A stretch of 64,000 bases of DNA. Source: Peptococcaceae bacterium 1109. Its GTDB lineage: Bacteria; Bacillota; Limnochordia; Darwinibacteriales; Darwinibacteriaceae. Location: positions 147,123 through 211,122 of the forward strand of contig LDJB01000004.1 of the NCBI GenBank assembly GCA_001028815.1, given 5' to 3'. The notes below the pieces were generated by a model. It worked only from the letters and a program-made list of their open reading frames with translations. It did not search any database and was not told where the DNA came from. Both the position numbers and the translations under genes were made by a program. Position 1 is the stretch's first letter. The number at the start of each line of letters is the position of its first letter. This document shows positions 57,757 to 64,000 of the stretch, in pieces.

Positions 57757-58341
57757 ATGCCCAATTTGGAACGCTACGAGCCGGATTTCCAACGGGAGTG
57801 TATCTACGTCAACAAGGTCTACAACGAATGCGCCGTTATCGACTGCCCCACCTACCGCATCCCCATCCCTCCAACATTCCCCCTGGCAGTGAACATCGTG
57901 GACTGCTCCATTACAGATATTACTGCGGAAGGGATCGTGGTCGCGAACGGAGAGGTGGACATCACGGTAACGTTCGTGCTCAACGTGGAGTATGACGGAA
58001 ACGGCATGTCCCAGTTCATCCAGCAGACTGCTCAGTTCCGCCGGCGGGGTATCCAGCTGGAAGGGGCAGTGCCAGGCATGACTGTCGTTATTCTCCCGCT
58101 CCTGCGCTGTCTCAACTGCCGGGCTGTGGAAGGCGGAACAGTGATCGAATGCGATGTCGGCATCTACCTGGTAGTCAAAGCCATCGCCCTCGTCCAACTG
58201 GAAGTCTTGGGGAGATTCTGCCCAGAGCCGCCTGAATGCGAGCAGGTATCCCCACTCGGCTGTCCAGAGTGGTTCGAGCTAGCTGAATCTGGTGCTTTCT
58301 GGCCGCCATTCCCACCACAGCCACCTCGGAACACCATGTGA
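57757..58341 (+). CDS. Cysteine-rich hypothetical protein (candidate spore coat/exosporium component)
   Basis: ATG 57757 with AAAGGAGGAG upstream. It has 12 Cys in 194 aa (ECIYVNKVYNECAVIDCP, LRCLNCRAVEGGTVIECD, FCPEPPECEQVSPLGCPEW) and a Pro-rich tail WPPFPPQPP. Confidence 0.6.
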   Translation: MPNLERYEPDFQRECIYVNKVYNECAVIDCPTYRIPIPPTFPLAVNIVDCSITDITAEGIVVANGEVDITVTFVLNVEYDGNGMSQFIQQTAQFRRRGIQLEGAVPGMTVVILPLLRCLNCRAVEGGTVIECDVGIYLVVKAIALVQLEVLGRFCPEPPECEQVSPLGCPEWFELAESGAFWPPFPPQPPRNTM

Positions 58342-58418
58342 GACACTACCCAGATCCAGCACAAGTTGCTGGATTTGGTATGCCCCCAAGGAGGGACAAT
58401 CTGGCAGGAGGTTTGGCC

Positions 58419-59399
58419 GTGCGCATTCTGATGCTCACCCGCTTCTATCTCAATGGACAGACCACCCATGTCCTTGAACTCTGCCATGCGCTGCAAAGAA
58501 AGGGGCACAACGTCTTTCTCATCGCCAGCCGCCTGGACCATCCCGGTTACGCCCAGTGGCTTAAGGAGAAAGGCATTCCTTTCAGCAGGACTCACCGCCC
58601 GAGTTATCTGGTGAACAACCTCCGGGTTATGCAATTTGATGTAATCCACAATCACTCTGCCCACACCTTGGAAGACGGCCTCCAACTGAGCCAGGCCCTC
58701 CAGATACCCTTAGTTGCCACCTGCCACTATCTCGACTTCGAACCCCTCGACATCCTGGGCCAAGCCCACGCTGTGGTGGCCATCAGCGACGAGATGGCCG
58801 CCCAGCTCCCCTTCCCGCGGGAGCAAATCAGGATCGTGGAAAACGGCGTTCCCGTCCCCCGATTCGTGAACCTTACGAACCGGCCCAAAGCAGCTGTGGT
58901 TCTAGCCCGGGTAAATGAAGCCCGCCAAAGGGCCTATGCCCAAACGGTGGATATCCTGCGGGAGAAAGGCTGGGAGGTGATGGTTGCGGGCGGGTGGCGC
59001 TATCCTGGTACCCGCTCCTTGGGATGGACGCAAAATCCCCAGCTCGTGCTCGAGAGAGCTAGGTTGGTGGTGGGTACGGGCAGGGCTGTACGGGAAGGCA
59101 TGGCGGCAGGATGTGCCGCGCTTGTCTTAGGTGACATGCTAGACGGCTTGGTTACCCCAGAAAACGCAGCAGTTCTGCGGCGGGCCAACTTCAGCGGGCG
59201 GGCCCGCAGCATAGAACCTACGCCAAGCAACCTCCGCCAAGAGCTCGCTAAGCTAGAATCCTCGGAAGCAGGCCAGCTCATGAGGTTCAGCCGCGCCTAT
59301 GCCCAAGAGCACTTCGGGATTGACAAGATGGCCACTGAGATTGTGACTGTCTATCGGGAGGCAGCGGGGAAAGGAAAAACTGGGGGAAGTGTCAAATAA
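58419..59399 (+). CDS. Glycosyltransferase, GT4 family (GT-B fold)
   Basis: GTG 58419 (GGCAGGAGG upstream) gives VRILMLTRFYLNGQTTHVLELCHALQRKGH. The C-terminal half has the E(X7)E-like region GRAVREGMAAGCA. Confidence 0.8.
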   Translation: MRILMLTRFYLNGQTTHVLELCHALQRKGHNVFLIASRLDHPGYAQWLKEKGIPFSRTHRPSYLVNNLRVMQFDVIHNHSAHTLEDGLQLSQALQIPLVATCHYLDFEPLDILGQAHAVVAISDEMAAQLPFPREQIRIVENGVPVPRFVNLTNRPKAAVVLARVNEARQRAYAQTVDILREKGWEVMVAGGWRYPGTRSLGWTQNPQLVLERARLVVGTGRAVREGMAAGCAALVLGDMLDGLVTPENAAVLRRANFSGRARSIEPTPSNLRQELAKLESSEAGQLMRFSRAYAQEHFGIDKMATEIVTVYREAAGKGKTGGSVK

Positions 59400-59428
59400 T
59401 CTAGGAAAAGGCTGAAGGGAGGACCCCT

Positions 59429-59749
59429 ATGAAGCTGGTTATTACAGTAGTCGAAGACACAGATGCCCCCGCCTTAATTGAACGATTAGTAGAAGCGGGT
59501 GTACAAGCTACTAAGTTGGCCAGTACCGGCGGTTTTTTGCTTCAAGGCAACACTACACTCCTCATCGGCGTGGATGATTCCCGTGTTGAGGCTGTCCTTG
59601 ATATTATCCGTAAGACCTGCGTGCGTCGGAAGAAGCTTATTCCCCAAGCAGCTTCTGAACTGCCCACCACAATCCACTTACCCATTGAAGTGGAAGCTGG
59701 GGGCGCGGTCGTGTTTGTCATAGACGTGGGACAGTTCCATCGGTTATAG
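59429..59749 (+). CDS. darA: Cyclic-di-AMP receptor, PII-like (DarA/YaaQ family)
   Basis: MKLVITVVEDTDAPALIERLVEAGVQATKLASTGGFLLQGNTTLLIGVDD..VEAVLDII; 106 aa. Confidence 0.85.
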   Translation: MKLVITVVEDTDAPALIERLVEAGVQATKLASTGGFLLQGNTTLLIGVDDSRVEAVLDIIRKTCVRRKKLIPQAASELPTTIHLPIEVEAGGAVVFVIDVGQFHRL

Positions 59750-60430
59750 GGTGGACAGCATCGCGAAGAACGTCAAGGCATTTGCCAGCCCATGGGCAAC
59801 TACGGCGGTAAAAAGATTGCCCGTCAGCAGGACGATCAGTCCCAGATAAAGGCCTGCCACGAAGACAGGGATGAACTGGATAACATACAGATGCAAGGCA
59901 GCAAAGACTAAGGCGGCCAGGGCAAGTCCCTTCCGCCTGCCTAAGACTGCCACCAATTCTGCCAGAAGCGCGCCTCGGAAGAAGAGCTCTTCCCCTAAGG
60001 GTGCTGCGAGTACCACTAGCACGAACACGAGCAAAGCCGCCCGGGGAGAGCCACTCATTAGAAGGGACTCCATTAGTGATCGCTCCTCTGCTGCAAGGCG
60101 CAGCGCCCAGCCGCCGAGGGAATCCAATAACCTCACCAGGGTGCTCATGGTGAAGGCATTTGTGATGTACAAGCCTATGCCCAAGAATATCCCTTGGGCC
60201 GCCCCCTTAAGAGATGGCCTGGCTAAGCGGGACCAGTCTGTTCCCAGGCCCCCGCAGGCCAAGAACACCAGCTGCTGGAGGATAATTAGGAGCAAGTATG
60301 GGCCCAAACGTTCGCTGGAAACAGTCAGGCTGAGGAAGGCGATCCCCAGCCAGCTGACAAGGCCCGCAACCACCCAGCGCCTGCCTTTTCTCCCCACCGC
60401 AGTTCCCCCCCGAAAAAAGAGGAGCGCCAT
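59744..60430 (-). CDS. CPBP-family intramembrane glutamic endopeptidase (CAAX protease / Abi-like)
   Basis: EELFFRGALL (motif 1), FAALH (motif 2) and HGLANAL (motif 3). ATG 60430 gives the usual length of about 228 aa. The track start 60559 adds 43 non-hydrophobic residues without an SD. Confidence 0.7.
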   Translation of the reverse strand: MALLFFRGGTAVGRKGRRWVVAGLVSWLGIAFLSLTVSSERLGPYLLLIILQQLVFLACGGLGTDWSRLARPSLKGAAQGIFLGIGLYITNAFTMSTLVRLLDSLGGWALRLAAEERSLMESLLMSGSPRAALLVFVLVVLAAPLGEELFFRGALLAELVAVLGRRKGLALAALVFAALHLYVIQFIPVFVAGLYLGLIVLLTGNLFTAVVAHGLANALTFFAMLSTL

Positions 60431-60443
60431 TGCGCCCCGCTGC

Positions 60444-60569
60444 TTAATACTTCCACTCAAGCTGTGCTCCCTGGACCCCATGCTGCGTTTGGACGAGCAG
60501 GGGCCACCAAAACCTATAACACTCGCCGCGCACCACGGCCCTGTAGAACTGATTGTCATAGTATGGCAT
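60444..60569 (-). CDS. 41-aa aromatic-rich micro-ORF upstream of the CPBP gene (candidate)
   Basis: ATG 60569 is preceded by GAGGGAGGG at 7-nt spacing. Product MPYYDNQFYRAVVRGECYRFWWPLLVQTQHGVQGAQLEWKY, with TAA at 60446-60444, 13 nt before CPBP ATG 60430. It is in a different frame from the 271-aa track ORF. Confidence 0.35.
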   Translation of the reverse strand: MPYYDNQFYRAVVRGECYRFWWPLLVQTQHGVQGAQLEWKY

Positions 60570-60638
60570 GTACTTCCCTCCCTCTACCTACTAACACTTG
60601 TACGCTGCGAGTAGGAAGTTTGCCATAGGAACACGCTC

Positions 60639-62135
<1,497 letters not shown>

Positions 62136-62282
62136 TTATGTTGTACGCTATTTTACCACAACCCTACGAAATAGCAAAGGAAAAGTGGGGCTTAGGAAAA
62201 GTGGCTTCGGCAGGCAGGGAAACACCTGTCATCTTACGAATTAGAAATTTGTTACTGTAGTGACAATACGGGAGGTACAGAA

Positions 62283-63149
62283 ATGGATATTCGCAGAATC
62301 GCCGTCCTGGGCGCAGGCCGTCTAGGACGAGGCATTGCAGAAAACGCTGCCAGCAAAGGCTACGATGTGGTGCTCTTTTCTCAAGGCGCAGGTGGACAAG
62401 ATGCCCTGCGGCGCATTGAGAACAGCCTTGACAGGAAGCTTGCTCGCTGGGCCATTACTGAAGCAGAAAAACGGGTTATTCTCGGAAGAATAACCTTTAC
62501 CCTCGATCTGAAGGAACTGAGCAAGGTGGACCTTTTAGTGGAAGCCACCATTGACCATATCTATACTAAGCAAGAGCTCCTGCGGACCGCAGATCAGCTC
62601 TGCCAACCAGATGTGGTGTTCGTAACCACAAGCTCTACCCTGAAACTCTCAGACTTAGCCCGAAGCATCACCAGGAGTGAATCCTTAGTAGGACTCCACC
62701 TCATTCCTCCGGTGCCTGAAGTCCCCGTGGCCGAGCTTGTCCGGTGCCATAAAACCTCGGATGCTGCGGTGGAAGTAGTGAAAGGCTTCGCGAAAAGGCT
62801 GGGCAAAGAAGTCATCGAGATTAACGAGAGTATCGGCTTAGTCAACCCCCGCGCTCTCCTGTCCCTGATTAACGAAGCCGCCTACATGCTGGACGAGGGT
62901 GTAGGCGATACCCAAAGCATTGAAAAGCTCATCAAGGACAGCTGGGGCATGGTGCAGGGGCCCTTTGAAATGGCGGACCGCCTAGGCCTCGACCTAGTCC
63001 TCAACTGGATGGAGCAGATGCAGCAAGCCTACGGAGATAGGTTCGCCCCCTGCCCTCTGCTGTACCGCTATGTCCGGCAGAAGCGTTTGGGTGTGAAAAC
63101 CAATCTGGGCTTCTTCAGCTACAACCAAGAGGGAAAACAGGAGGATTAG
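62283..63149 (+). CDS. 3-hydroxyacyl-CoA (3-hydroxybutyryl-CoA) dehydrogenase family protein
   Basis: Rossmann motif IAVLGAGRLGRGIA, 3HCDH_N/C layout, and LVNPRALLSLINEAAYMLDEGV. Confidence 0.85.
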   Translation: MDIRRIAVLGAGRLGRGIAENAASKGYDVVLFSQGAGGQDALRRIENSLDRKLARWAITEAEKRVILGRITFTLDLKELSKVDLLVEATIDHIYTKQELLRTADQLCQPDVVFVTTSSTLKLSDLARSITRSESLVGLHLIPPVPEVPVAELVRCHKTSDAAVEVVKGFAKRLGKEVIEINESIGLVNPRALLSLINEAAYMLDEGVGDTQSIEKLIKDSWGMVQGPFEMADRLGLDLVLNWMEQMQQAYGDRFAPCPLLYRYVRQKRLGVKTNLGFFSYNQEGKQED

Positions 63150-63152
63150 ACA

Positions 63153-64000
63153 ATGAAAATCTTTGTACTTAACTGCGGTTCTTCCTCAGTGAAATATAAG
63201 CTGTACGACATGGAAGGGGAAAGAGTGCTCGCAGAAGGGCGGGTGGAACGGGTCGGCCAAGAGAATGCCACCATTACTCACCAATCCACAGGCAAGGAAA
63301 AGATTACTAAGACCATGCCCATACTCGAACACACTGTAGCGATTTCTGAAACCCTACACCTTTTGCTCCACCCAGAGCACGGTGTACTAAACAGCCTGGA
63401 TGAAATCGACGCAGTGGGCCACCGCGTAGTACACGGGGGGGAATCCTTCTCTGAATCAACGCTTATCAAGGAGGATACTAAGGATATCCTCGATTCCCTC
63501 GCGGAGCTGGCTCCCTTGCATAACCCCGCGAATGTGATGGGAATTAGGGCTGCGGAGCGGCTCATGCCTCATACGCCACAGGTGGCTGTATTTGACACCG
63601 CTTTCCATTCCACAATGCCGTCCCATGCTTACTTGTATGCAATACCCTTTAACCTGTATCAAAAGCACAAGGTGCGGCGCTATGGCTTCCACGGCACCAG
63701 CCACCTGTTTGTGACACAAAAGGCTGCCGAGATGATAGGCAAGGACATTAAAGACTTAAGGATCGTCTCTTGCCACCTTGGCAACGGTGCCAGCATTGCC
63801 GCTGTGCAGGGCGGGCAGTCGGTGGATACCACCATGGGATTTACTCCCCTTGAGGGCCTCATGATGGGTACCCGCAGCGGAGATATCGATCCAGGGGCCA
63901 TTTTCTACCTGATGAAGACCTATGACCTCAGCCTTCATGAAATCGACTCTCTGCTGAACAAGCATTCAGGGCTGTACGGTATCGCAGGTGTAAGCGACAT
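63153..64000 (+). CDS. ackA: Acetate kinase, N-terminal about 282 aa; continues beyond the right edge
   Basis: Not in the ORF track because there is no stop in the window. My translation from ATG 63153 (AGGAGGA upstream) reads MKIFVLNCGSSSVKYKLYDM...HRVVHGGE...LAPLHNPAN...VAVFDTAFH...RRYGFHGTSH...CHLGNGASI...GFTPLEGLMMGTRSGDIDPG. Confidence 0.9.
   Translation, partial: MKIFVLNCGSSSVKYKLYDMEGERVLAEGRVERVGQENATITHQSTGKEKITKTMPILEHTVAISETLHLLLHPEHGVLNSLDEIDAVGHRVVHGGESFSESTLIKEDTKDILDSLAELAPLHNPANVMGIRAAERLMPHTPQVAVFDTAFHSTMPSHAYLYAIPFNLYQKHKVRRYGFHGTSHLFVTQKAAEMIGKDIKDLRIVSCHLGNGASIAAVQGGQSVDTTMGFTPLEGLMMGTRSGDIDPGAIFYLMKTYDLSLHEIDSLLNKHSGLYGIAGVSD

Noticed and set aside
59871-60614. 247-aa plus-strand ORF opposite the CPBP protease gene.
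   Set aside because: It is a Lys/Arg/Ser/Pro-rich shadow of a membrane-protein gene. It has no SD, whereas the CPBP motifs on the minus strand are clear.

Overview
This is a 64-kb, gene-dense chromosomal segment with about 60 CDS on both strands and a GC content in the mid-50s % by eye. I saw no rRNA, tRNA, CRISPR array, transposase, integrase or phage genes.

Gene content:
- Central metabolism and housekeeping: pyruvate:ferredoxin oxidoreductase, DeoD, MsrA, a ThrRS behind a Thr-specific T-box leader, GuaB, a 3-hydroxyacyl-CoA dehydrogenase and acetate kinase.
- Carbohydrate use: a GH3 fragment, GH130 + LacI + an Opp-type ABC importer, a second sugar ABC importer with ThuA, and xylose isomerase.
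- A MrfA/MrfB-like helicase-exonuclease pair.
- Several regulators with visible operators.
- A DUF58/DUF4129/MoxR trio.
- Sporulation-flavoured genes: a SleB/CwlJ hydrolase, a YheC/D ATP-grasp and a CAP/YkwD-like protein.

The source looks like an anaerobic endospore-forming Bacillota-type organism. Two features nevertheless suggest a diderm envelope: both ABC binding proteins have Cys-free signal peptides, and one operon encodes an outer-membrane-type barrel.

Most noteworthy findings:
1. A five-gene LolCDE-like + LolA-like + beta-barrel operon (26742-32237).
2. An unannotated tandem duplication (13708-15037). Each copy has a 26-aa hydrophobic micro-ORF, a terminator, a promoter and a 92-aa helical protein. 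The two micro-ORFs show a clear purifying-selection signature. A third micro-ORF sits between the copies.
3. A probable spore-surface cluster (55471-59399).
4. A strongly SD-led 41-aa micro-ORF in front of a CPBP protease.
5. An overlapping hemerythrin-CheX pair.

All product calls rest on motif recognition from the supplied translations. No database search, HMM scan or folding was possible, so family names and accession numbers are from memory.
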